DNA of 62,301 nucleotides, counting the filler, from Bipalium vagum (Eukaryota), in assembly GCA_037834085.1 (NCBI GenBank). It is 3 parts of 3 records of this genome, joined end to end, with 100 filler letters (N's around TTAATTAATTAA, not from the genome) between each part and the next. Parts side by side here need not be neighbours in the genome. Positions count along the whole stretch, not along the records: positions 37,194 to 62,301 come from JBBMKC010197053.1; 2 more parts are not named here. One strand, written 5' to 3'. Under the pieces are notes generated by a model that saw only the letters and a program-made list of their open reading frames with translations, had not been told where the DNA came from and did no database searches. This document shows, in pieces, positions 38,155 to 51,300 of the stretch (positions are counted from its first letter, which is position 1; each line of letters opens with the position of its first letter). The position numbers and the translations under genes are program-made.

Positions 38155-41100
38155 TTCTTACTGGTGAAGATGAAAGAAGAGCAAATTATTTGAAGGGACA
38201 AGCAGAACTAGCAAAGCGAAGAGCCATACTCGAGGAACAAATGAGACAAGAGGAGGAATCGCGTAAAGCGAAAGAAAGAGCAGAATTTGAACGCCTGGAA
38301 AAAATCAGGTATTATGTGAATTATTATTTGATAATTTTGAAGTAAATAAGAACTATTTCTTCCTGACATATTATTATCATTATATTGGTTTCAGTCACAC
38401 CGTTTGCTTACAAAATTGTATTGATATTTGTATGGTCAAGAAATTGGACGTATTTGGTTTACAAATAAGTTCGGTCTTTTTTTTACAAAATTTAATTTAT
38501 TTTACAACTACATGGATAAACTAATTAATTAAGTTATTTCCATCGCTTCAAACTATTTTTTCCACCTCTCCAGTAATTTTCGAATTCCATCTTTAAAAAA
38601 TGTATCGTGTTTTGAGGCCATCCAAGTTAGGAGCCATTGGTCAATTTTTTTGGAAGAAGTGAAACGATGACTTGTCATATCGTGTGGCATCTGTCGGAAT
38701 AACCAGTAATCTGAAGGAGCAATGTCAGGCAAATACAGCTAGTGCGCTAAAACATTCCATTTGGTCGTTTCCAAATGATTTTTTACGACTTTTGCGATAT
38801 ATGTGGTCTGGCGTTTTCATGCAGAAGATTTGTCTTTTTGGTTGTCTTTGGTCATATTCCGGCATTTTCTCCCACAATAAACAGTTTAAATGTATCAATT
38901 ATAGCCTATACTGATCGCCCGGTTGTAGCAGCTCAAGGTATACAACACCTTTTTGTTCCCACCAGAAACAAAACATCACCTTCGAATCATGAATATTCTT
39001 CTATGGTGTTGACATTGAAACCAATGAGATCAATTGACCGGGCTTAAAGTTAAATTTTTTTCATCTTTGGGTTCTCGAAGAATATCTATTTTTCATCACC
39101 AGTGACTATACGATATAAGAAACCATTTCTTTGTTGCTTTCGAAGCAACTGCTCGCAAATGAAATATCGCCTTTCAAGATATATCTGTTTTAGTTCATGA
39201 GGCACCGAGTTTCCTTACTTGTAGATAATTAAAATTTATTTCAATCTTATGGAAACCATATACTGAGTAGTTCCCAAAGATTCTGGGAGCTCCTCTTGTT
39301 TTTGACTGGGGTCTTCATCAAGTAATGCTTCTAAATCTTTATCTTCAACTTTTTTTGACTGACCACAACAAGGCTAGTCTTCGAAGCTGAAATCATCATT
39401 TTTGAAATTTCGAAACCATTCTTGACATGACTTATCACTTTTGTTAACATACACTTCAGCTGAAATTCTAGGGGCTTCAGCTACACTTTTATCCCAAATG
39501 AATCAAACAATTATAACTTCCGGCAAACGTTGATTTGTTATTAGAAAATTTGTCATGATTGATGAAGTAAAACAATGTCATTTTGTAAGAAAATCAAATC
39601 GAATTTAACTGAAAATTATTCACAGATGTTTAATCTCTCTGAATCAATTGAATTAAGTTGTAATTATCATTATAGCTATAATAAAGATTTATAGCCAGAG
39701 CCATCTTTTAAAATCTGACCGAATTTGTATCCAACTAACTGACAGACTTTGGCTGTTAACGTCGTATGGATAGATAAATTGCATTATTTTTGGAAAAGCG
39801 TCCTTATTATTGGTTTACTATGTTTTCTAACATGGTATGCAGAAAATGCTTGATAGACAAGAGTACAAGCTCACATACTCATCCAAAGACTGACCGACAT
39901 CAAATGAGATTAATGGGTTGTGTTTAGTGGGATATAATTTACTGGGAAATGCTGAAAAACACAATCAAATTTTCAACGCCGATTTCTAATAGCATCAATT
40001 GCAGCTAGTGGCAGATGCAATTGCCAAAAACAACCAGAATTGTGTAATTTTTTTTAAAAATGCCCTACCATACGCTGTCATTATTAGTGATGAAAAACGT
40101 TTGCCCAAAGTAATTGAGTGTGGTAATTTCATCCCCCTCTACTCACCTTATTCTGCTGACATATAATCTATTCCGAATCTTGCAGAACATTTGATTTCAA
40201 AACATTCCCATATAAAAACGATTTGAAATACGATCCATAAAAATTGTGCAATTACTTTGTTTCCAATCCAATATGATTGATTTTAGATTGTTAACATTTA
40301 GATTTTTAAAAGATTACAAGTAGTTTTAAAGGGCTAAGTTTAAAAATAGATTTAAAGTCTTTAATTTATAATGTTCTTAATTAATATAAATATTATCCAT
40401 TTTTTATATTTTATAATGTGATTTGTTTTAATGTTAAAGTATGTAAAGTACATAATTTAATCATTTATTAAAATAACAAAAGAAGACCGGAAACCAGCAT
40501 AACAAAAGCCTCAATTGTTATTAATGTGTTCTATTTAATAATTCATGGATTGGGATATCAATAAGTTTGAAAAATAGATTCCTTGATTGGTAACAGGATA
40601 TTTGAAGTTTAAGACTTAAAATTTTTTCTGAGCTTTTGTAAATGTGTGAATCTTAAAATTAATGATTCTTTACGAATATGGTTACATATGATAGAACTTT
40701 GATTTATTTTTACGACTCCGAAAGTTAAAATTGGGTGATGGATTGGTGACATCCTCCTTATCTTCGAGCAAAAAGTTCATAACAAAAAGAAATTTGGAGG
40801 ACTTCTTGAAATAAGGCAGCATCATAAATAGTACATAAATACTTTGCATAAGCTTAGGAACAATATGATGAGGAAGAAAAAACAGATTACAATTCAATTC
40901 CGCATAATTTAACAAGTCATGTACAAAAATATTCTTTTTTACATCTGTATAATCTCCTGATATTGATCTTTAAGATTACCATAATTCCTTACAACGCTCT
41001 ATTTTATAATTTTTCATTAACATCACCGATTTATGAAACCAGGACCTTATTTAAATATGATATGTTTAATAATTCAAAGTGGACAAGTCAGACATGTAGA

Positions 41101-42430
41101 AATGAAAACCGTTATAAGGAAAATTTTATTATTAGATGAAGGGATATCTGCATTCCAGACATTACATAAACATAAATTAATTATTTTCGTAAACTGTAAC
41201 AGGGAATTAATTTACTTCTGGTAAATAAATAATTCAGATGTATTTATGATTTTTCTAGTTTTTCAATATATAATTTTTTTTATTTACTTATTTTTTAACA
41301 GAAATATTTCACAGTTGAGGTTAGTTTCAATTTTTAATTTTGTAATATTGAAACAATTTCCTCATCGTAAATATCATTAGAGATATTCTCAGGCATTGGT
41401 ATACTTTCATGTATACATCAATAATATTATTCTGGTGATTAAAGGAATTTTCAATGAGATTAAGTAGCACCCATTTTAGTGAAAGTATTGAAAAATTCTA
41501 TAAATATTTACTGATCTTCTGGGAACCCATATATTTAAGAAATAAGTGTTTATAATATTTACTAATTTTTCCAATGTTTAGAGTGGAAAAGGAGCAAGCC
41601 AAAATTATTGAGATGCAACGACAGATGGAAATAAGACGACAGAAAGAATTAGAGCGAGAAGAACAATTACGGCGTATAGCAGAAGAAAGAGAAAAAGCTC
41701 GCCTTGAATCTGAAAAAAAGAGATTATTAGAAATGGAAAAAAGACGACTTGAGGTTGCAATTACTGAACGTAGACAGGAACAGGAAAATTTATTGGAGGT
41801 GAGCATTACAACTCTTTCTAAATTTTAAGATTTTCAATCATTGTTTTGGGGTTTTGAAAATTTTTTACTTTAACATTATATTCAGATTAACAGTAAAAAG
41901 GGAAATTTGATTGATGCCTTGGCCAATGAAAAAGAGAAAAAGCGAGATCTACAAAACAGAATAGAATCAACACAATTGACTCTGGAAACTTACAAAGCCG
42001 GTATTGGGTCTATGCGAGAACATCGTGATAAACTGATCGATACAACCGATTGTCTAAGGGAAGAGCTTGAGGCTGCCAAAGCGGAATTAAGTCGATGTCA
42101 GAGAGAAAAGCAGAACCTAGAGTTACAACTTCAATCAAATCTTCAAAGTGATCCAGTTTTGGAACAAATTAAAACGGTGCAAGCTTTGAAAAATAGTCAC
42201 AGAGATAAAATAAAATTACTTGACAAAGAAATTAAAGATTTGGAACAAAAAATGACAAGTCGTGGTCAAAAATTGGCAACAAATCGAAATAAAGTTCGTG
42301 ATCTGGAGAAAAAGGTTACTTCGAAATTGATATCAGACATTAAGAAGCTCCAAACTTCGGTTTGTGAAAAGAAAAATGCTGCACTCTCCATATTGAAAAA
42401 GCAAAAAGAACCAATGTTAGTATTTCATTG

Positions 42431-42507
<77 letters not shown>

Positions 42508-45500
42508 CAATACTTTATTGAAAATACCTTGAAATGTAAGTAATTTGAAATTGAAAAATCTCTTTATTATTAAATTTCATCAATATTCAACTTGATTTAT
42601 ACAATCAATATCATAATAATAATTAATTTCTAAAATATGAAATTAATAAATCATATAATCGATTTTTTAAAAAATATACCACTGATCATAATATATTGAT
42701 GGACATTATCGATCACCGTCTAAGCCGACCTCAATGTAAATTAATTACACATTCTAATGTGAACTGAAAACATAAATATTGGCAAAATGTAATTTAATCA
42801 TTTCATTTCATTTTACTACTTAAAAATAGAAACAATCATTGTATAATTAAATTACTATTCCAACATAGATGAATAAGTTCTGTTTTGGTTGAATGTGTAT
42901 TATTAATGATAATTTTTGCAATTGAAATAACATAACAATTTTCATATTTACAAAAATTATCAATATTGAAATTTAAGAATTGATTGAAATATAGGGTTTT
43001 TCAAAATGTGCTTTTAAGTAAATTCGAAATTAAACTCCCGACATTGACACCAAGAAATCGGTTTTCGATAGGCAACTTGGCTATAGCTGTCTAGGATGGA
43101 GTTCAGAACATAGATTCTATTCATTTATTGCTGGTCCTAAAATCTGGAAACAATCAAATTCTGCTCAGAGAAATTATCTATTGGCCACACGACCGGTGTT
43201 GACTGAAAAAACGTCCTTTTTGAAATTTGAGCCGCTTGTCGAGATTGATGAAACGCTAATATCTCGCCGGCACGAATTATTTCGAGAAAATACATCTATA
43301 TACCAGTTATTCGACTAAATTTTTTCACTTCAGAGATTTTTTAAAAGCAGTTTTTGATAGCACCTTTTATTTTGCAATGAATATATGAAGCACAAAAACC
43401 AATTAAAATAAAAAATGTAATAGTCAAGTTTATCATAATGGAAAGTAACTTAAATATTTTTTATATATCAATAATAATTTCAACAATAACTTATAAATCA
43501 ATAAATTATACAAAAATGAATAAATAATAATATTAAAATTGACCAATTATTATAAAATATTATATTGATTTAATTTATTTTTTATACTTCAATTGATATT
43601 AAAAATAATATGATTTGAAAAAATTCAAATTCAACGTTTTATTTTTAAATATTGATTTTTTATTTTTTTCAGGGGTTATAATGATTCAGATAACAAGATT
43701 ACCGATTTCAAAATAAGTTGATTTCCTATAATTATGTAACCTAAAATTATTGTCTTATAATTTCTTGTAGATCTTCCTAATAACAAATCAGATGATTTAA
43801 CTTATTATGAGGCCGTTTATGCTTTCGAAGGCCGACTACACGACGAATTGAGCTTCAAGTCGGGCGATGTTATAATTGTAAGATTAGGATTTGATTATTT
43901 ATTTGCCATTGATTTTTAATTTTTACATTATTTTTAATTTTGTTTTTATCAAAATATTTTTTAAAATTTAATTATTAAATAAATCAATTTATTGGCTTTT
44001 TAGAAAATTTTTTATTTATTAATTATTGGATTTCTGAAATTATCAAAGTTCCACAAAAAATTATATATTTTTGAAAATTTGTTTTTTACATTTTTGTCTT
44101 ATATTTTTATGAATATTTTTGATTTAACAATTACACTGATCATTAGCACTTAAAAGAATCTATTATAATGAAATAATACTAAAGAAATTTAACTTCACCA
44201 AAATTAACATGGTGCTCAGATATAATTTTAAAATTATTCTAAATGCTAAATAAAATATTTGAGGACTTTTTATTTATTCCATAATTAATTTTTAATATAT
44301 TATGTTGTAATGACGAAAATCTGAAATCAGCTTTTAAAACAATAACAGAATTTGAACTTCACTCGGTTATGTCTTACATTTTTTTTTCCATTAAAAAAAA
44401 TTCCAATGATTCTCTTTATACGAGTCTGAAAATTCATTTCTTGACGCCATTGTCTTATTCTTAAGATCAAAAAGCAGGATCAAATAGAACCAACCTCTGG
44501 ATGGCTATACGGTTGGTTGGAGAACACATCAAATTTCGGCCTTTTCCCAGAAATTTATGTCAGAAAACTCGACAATCAAATCGATAATGAGACTTTACCA
44601 GTTGTGGATATGAATGAGAATGTCCAAACACAAGATTTGTCAGATGTATTCAATTGTAATACAGTACCAAAATCTACTATAACCAAGTATATTTTGATTT
44701 TTATTCGATATTTTTTTCAAAGTTAACGATAATTGTTCGAGGTTTTTCAAATTTTTAAAAAATAATTTTCCTTATACTTTACTATCCTTATAAACATTGC
44801 GGTCATTTCCAAGATCGACTTCTTTTCAATGGGCCGAATCTATTTATCCATGGAAACCAGAATCCATTGGGTTATATGGAGATTATCCCAATCAATTGTC
44901 ATTTGACATTGGTCAAAAAATAAAAATTCTCGACAAAAATCTTTATGATTGGTGGACAGGAGAGATTACGAATGTGGATGTAAATGGTAAGGAAAAAGTT
45001 TTAACAGGATGGTTTCCGAGAAATTATGTTCGTTTATTGGATGAAAAAAATGCAAATAATCCTGAAAGTGGTACGGTAACCCCTACTGCTGGTTCTTTAG
45101 AAGACCTGGCAACAAAATAGTGAGTTTGGGTGTGGTTTGGTGGCATAATTTATTATTGGTTTTTGTCTTTGTTGTGTGAGTGTATCAGGGTCATAGTATT
45201 CTTTATGTATCGATTATATTTCTGTTATATCATTTCTAAGTTATCTGTTTTTCGTTCAGCTCCAGTCTCAATTTCTCCATGAAATATGGAGACTCAAACA
45301 CTGTGGAGAATAGTGGTCCGAAAATATTGTGTGTAGCTAGATATCCTTATCAGGCATCTGTTCTCGGTGATCTTAATATCCAACCTGGAGACATAATCGA
45401 TGTGATCGATCAAAAGCAGGATTGGTGGAAGGGCAATAATCGTAACACAGGATTGCAGGGATTGTTCCCCTCCAATTACGTGAAGGTCGTTTCTTCAGAG

Positions 45501-48329
45501 GTAATAAATATTTTTTATTCACAATTGATTTTTTATGATTTTTATTGAATTTTTAAATTTTTCATTCAAGTAAACTATCATTTTTATATAAATGCAATGC
45601 AAACAAATTTGGCACTGTAGATGATGTTGTTGGTGTGTTTTTCATTTATTACACTAATAAAATTGATTTTTTACTCGATGAAGGAATTAAATTTATCAAT
45701 TATTTGATATTGTGAGGAATTTTTTTATTTTTATCCTGTCACCATGACAACATTTATAAAAATTTAAATTTTGCGAATATCAGGAAATTGCTTTTTAAAC
45801 AGATCTATTCAAACATTCTTAGATATATTTAAAATTAATATCTCATGATTATTTTAAAGATTTTTATTTAATAGTTTTAATAGACATAATTTTATTTTCT
45901 TTCTGTTAAATTGAAAAAAATTATGTTAATTTTATTTAAAAAATAATCATATTTAATTCAATTAACTTTTGTGCTAAAATAATGTTATTGTCGAGAAAAT
46001 AATAATTATTCGGTAATTATATATATATATTGAATGATGCAATTTACAAAGTACACTTGTTTGCATCTGAATCGGTATACATCAAAATATACAATCATCT
46101 TTGTACAATAAAACCTGATTCAGTAATTTCTAAATTTTCAGAAAAATATTTACAGTTAAATTTCTTTAATAAAACTTTACCTTCTTAAGTACACCTTAAA
46201 TCTGTTTTTTGAAGGTGTTAATTGAAAATATTTGTTTATATTAAGTTTGCCAATTCTTCGAAGAAATGAAAAGTCGATATTTGACATTAATGTTTAGAAA
46301 ATCAAAAGAATATTTATGCTACAAAACGTTTTTTATACAAGGTATTTCCGAAAATTCCCGGACTGAGGCCACAAAAAATATACATTAATTATAACACATT
46401 TATTTTTAAAATATTTTTCAAAATAGTCTTCTTCGGCATCTGCACATTTTCGCCATTGTTTTTTCCACGAAGGGAAACATTTTTTTTACCAAATTGAATG
46501 TGCGCAAAGAGAGTGGGTATTATCACGATTATCATCTCTTTCTCATCTTTCTGCTCTTTTCTGACAAATAGCCTCTTGTTCTCTTCATGCTCGAGTTGTC
46601 AAAAACTTGAACCCATATTTCATGGATTTTGCCTAATTTAAAGGAAATTTTTATGCAAAATTGCTGCTCTAAAATTTCATTCATCCTAAAAATAGAAAAA
46701 TATGTGACTAAATACGTATTAGAATTAGTTTTAAAACTTATTGTGAGCGCCTGACCTTCCATTTAAAATAGATGAATTGCTAAAAAATATATTTTATTAG
46801 TTTAAATAAAAATTTTAATATTTTTACTATTTAATTACTTTTTTTGTCCTGGAATTTATTGGAAACACCTTGTATAATCTATATTTTGATAGTATTTTTT
46901 TTGGCAAATAGAGGAGTATATTTTTCATTTAATTCTTCAAAAATTATTGTGCATAAAAAAATTGAGTCTGTCAAAACAAATATATTGATTTAATATTTTT
47001 TTAAATTGAACTTTACATTTTACAATTAATATTAATCGAATTACCGGTTTTATTACAATTAAATTAAATGATTTTATTTTAATTATTTGTAAAATTTGTT
47101 GGTATCACGCTTCTTATTAAAAAAAATCATTGAAATTTAATTTTTCAGGAATTGGCAAACTCAGAGTCTTCGATATTTTCCACAGGAATGCAAATTGATG
47201 AAACAGCAGAGTCGAATATGGATGTGATGAATGCTAGTCAGATTAGTGCAATCAGTGTGAATTCAACGGCTTCCAATCTATACAGTGTATGGTTTACCTT
47301 TTTATCTTGAGAATCTATTTTGTCATACACTATTATTTTCCTTCTTTTTCTTATCTTACTTTTTGGTAATTATCTTATTATAATTGTTATTATTTTTACT
47401 AGATATTTTTCATTAATTTTTAATAACCACACATGGCTTGATAAGCTTCCAAATTCTTTCCTATCGTTAAATGTGTGAGTTTATTTCCTGATACAATGAA
47501 ATCAGTTAATATCAGTAGTCATTGATTATAAAAGACTTCGTGCAAGAAAGAGAAGCTTCTTTCTTCAGTATACAAATATTCATCTTGTAGTGTGGTCCAA
47601 AGAATAACTAGGTTCTTCAGATATGCTACATCGCTTCCTCAAGTAACAAAAAACACAAGATTATTAACGTTTAATTCAGAAGATTGAGCCGACTGGATAA
47701 TAATATTGACTCTTTCAATTAACCAGTTGATTTAACTTTTGCACATTGTTTTGTTATCATGTATCCTATTATTATTATAATCCATTTGAATAGAAACTTT
47801 TCCGCAAAAGTGCATCTTGTTTAAAACCACATTCTTACTTTCATCAAATTGTAAAACTTCTCAGAGTTTTTTATGCAACGAATAGACTGTGATACTTCTA
47901 TCCTAACAGAATAGCTCATTAACACTAAATAAATATTGAAATTAACGAATCCATATTTATTATTGACAGATAGTACATAAATAATCATTTTTAATGATAT
48001 TGAAAGAATCATAAAAGAAAAATGAAAATTATCATGTTCTTACCTTGAAATCAATTCTGTGTACCGTAATGTCTTGAAAAGGAAACATCGGAATTTTCAG
48101 TAATTTTTTAAAATTTTAATTTAATTAATTTAATTTTTAATAAATAATCATTTTTAATGATATTGAAAAAGCATCGTAAAAGAAAAATGAAAATTATCCT
48201 CTTCTTACCTTGAAATCTCAATTCTGTGTACCGTAATATCTTGAAAAGGAAACATCGGAATTTTCAGTAATTTTTTAAAATTTTAATTAATTATTGTTAT
48301 TGGACATTAATATAATAATTATAAATGAA

Positions 48330-48383
<54 letters not shown>

Positions 48384-51300
48384 TAATAATAATAATAAAT
48401 ATCTTGGCCATAATAATGATTATTATTAACTTTTTCTCTTTTGTTCGGATGATAAGACTGAAATAAAAATATTTTTAATTTAGACAATATCTGATGACGA
48501 AAACAATTCTACATTACATTTTCCGCAGTCTGTAGCTCCTTCTAATACCAATGGAGCATCAACACCAGAAATTGCACAAGTCATTATTGACTTTAATCCG
48601 AGCAGTGCTGAGCAAATACCATTGCAAATTGGTCAGTTAGTACAAGTAACAGAAAAGTCCAGTAGTGGCTGGTGGAAAGGAGAAATACAAGTAAATTTAT
48701 CAATCTAATATCGATGAAAAAAACATAAAAATTTCATTCCTTCTTAACCAAGTTTTATTTCATATATTATTACAACCAGGAGATCAATATAAATTTTTGA
48801 GTAGTGTTAAATTTTTTTAAAAAATTTTATTAATATTGATTGTGAATAAATGAATTCATAATTATTAATAAAATATAATTCAATATATTTATTTCTTATA
48901 ATAAATGTTTTATTGACAATCAATTTAAATATTACTGAATAAAGATTATGGTATTTAAAAGAAAATAATGTATTGGGTTGTTCGGAAAGTCACTTCGTAT
49001 TTTTTATTAAAAATAAGACAAAAAGTTTTATTAGTAATAAATATTTAATCAATGATGTATTGTTCTTTTTGTTCCAATACCTTATGCCATCTACCAGGTC
49101 AATTTGAATATCCCAACCTTTAAATGAGTTAGGTGCTTTAAATTAAGATTGAAAGATAGGTATAAAAAGCGAAGTGCCTTTCCGAACAGCCCAATAAAAT
49201 AGAATGCAAAATCAAATAGGCTTCGTATATAAAAATATATAAAACAATAATTATTTTTCATTTTTATATAAAATAAACATAATTTATAAAATGTCAATAT
49301 CAACCATAAATGAATCTAACATTGAAATTTATGTATTATTAATTGATTGATTTTGTGGTTCAATTATTTCTGAATATGGGAATATATAATGATACTATTG
49401 TATTCGTTATAAAATTATTAGATTTTTATGAATAAAAATCATCAATTATCCATTCTACACAAAAAGATACCTAAAAATATATTTTTAAAAAAAATTATTA
49501 TAATTACTCTCATTTGTATAAAAAATTAAAAATGATGAGTATAATAAATAAGGGAATTAATAAATATCTGTACATTTATTTTTTACTCTGCTTTTCATAT
49601 TATCAATAGTTTTATTTTACTTTAAATGGATAATTATTTGATTGAATTTTCTAATTAGCAAAGAGGACAACAGCGTCGTATTGGATGGTTTCCGGGACAG
49701 TATGTCAGCATAATAAATTCTTCTCAAGCTGTTGGTGAGTATTGATTATTTTTATTATTATTATTGTTATTATATGAATTTCTTCTTGAACGAAGATTAG
49801 CAGATACAAATATTTTAATCGATAAATTTAATTACAACTTTATTGATTCATAAAAGTGATATTATAAGAATAATAACATCAATTTAATAATGAAGATTAT
49901 TGAATAATCAATAGTCGTTTGTAAATGATGTAAAATTTTTTACATGAATAATTCTATTACATAAGATGTCATAGATAAAATACAGGGAATGCATATTTAT
50001 TGATTTTTTTAAAAATTATTCAAGATAATAATGTTTTAATTTTGTATTGGACATACAAAATTATTTTAAAGTAATTTATTGTGCTCGCTAACTAGATAAT
50101 AGGTCATAATATCAACTATTTGTGTTAAAAAAGAAAATTTCACACAAAATTATTTTTAATCGGTTATTTTATCCAAAAATTGAACTAAGGTCTCGAACTG
50201 CTTTACTGCCAATCATTAAAATATAAATATATCGATCAAAATAAAAAAGAGTATTGAGAATATTAAATTTTAACCGTAATTAGAAAGTAACAAGTTGATC
50301 AATGTTTCAGTTCCGATTAGTTTGAAGTTTTTGAGGTTATCAAAATTAGAATTAATAACATTTTCTTCTATCATAGCTGTAGTTTTCTCTTAAAAGTTAT
50401 TTTATTTTGTCATTTTCATTAAGATATATAAATTATTTTTTTATTATTAATTAATTATTATTATTCAGCTTCTGATAGCGCGACTCCTCCTAATTGTACA
50501 ACGCCAACACCAACGTCTTTTTTGACTTACAACGATAACTTATTTTCGAATGTGATTGAGCTAAATGATTCTCTACCTGGTGATCATCTAATAACAATGT
50601 ACAATTACTCTGCTCAAAATATTGATGAATTGAGTTTCGACAAAAACGTTATTCTGGTATTAATCGATAAGAACGAACCTGAATGGTGGATGGGTCGTAA
50701 TTTATCAACTTCACAAGAGGGTCTATTCCCGGTAAATTATGTCAGGCGACTTCAAGCTGGAAATGTGGCGGATGAAGATGCAATGAAAGAAGTAGCACAG
50801 GCCTCTTCTCAATACAACGTCAGCGTTGCAGGCCGACCGGTTTCATGTTAGTATGAAAAATATATTTTTTGCATTCTCGACTTAATGATGTCTGCTTGTT
50901 TGCTCTTTTTTACAGTTGTGCATGTTTACTATGAATATTTCTTTTCTTTTATAATACTTTTAATCTTCTTCGACGTATCAATATTGTTTTTTGAAAGGCA
51001 GATTCCTTGGTTTTTTTTAATTAACTTTGATAGCATTGATAATTGGATTTATTAAACTAATTATTTTTTCAATTATTACTTTTGGATATTGGATATTATT
51101 AAGGCTTTGGAAATAATTTTCATTTTGTCTGTGATAAAATTAATAAAATATTTTTGAAGGTTTTCCCTTTGAGGACTTGTGTAAACAATGATTTGTTTAA
51201 ATTATTCAAATTTTATTTAGGGTTGTTTAAACGTTTTTTAATGAATATGTATTCTTAAAATTATGATGGTCATTATTTCATAACAAAAGCTGTTTCGGAG

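Noticed and set aside
41498-41806. Antisense ORFs (also 4636-4827, 5058-5270, 9687-10034, 27710-28145)
   Set aside because: Shadows of real exons on the opposite strand.
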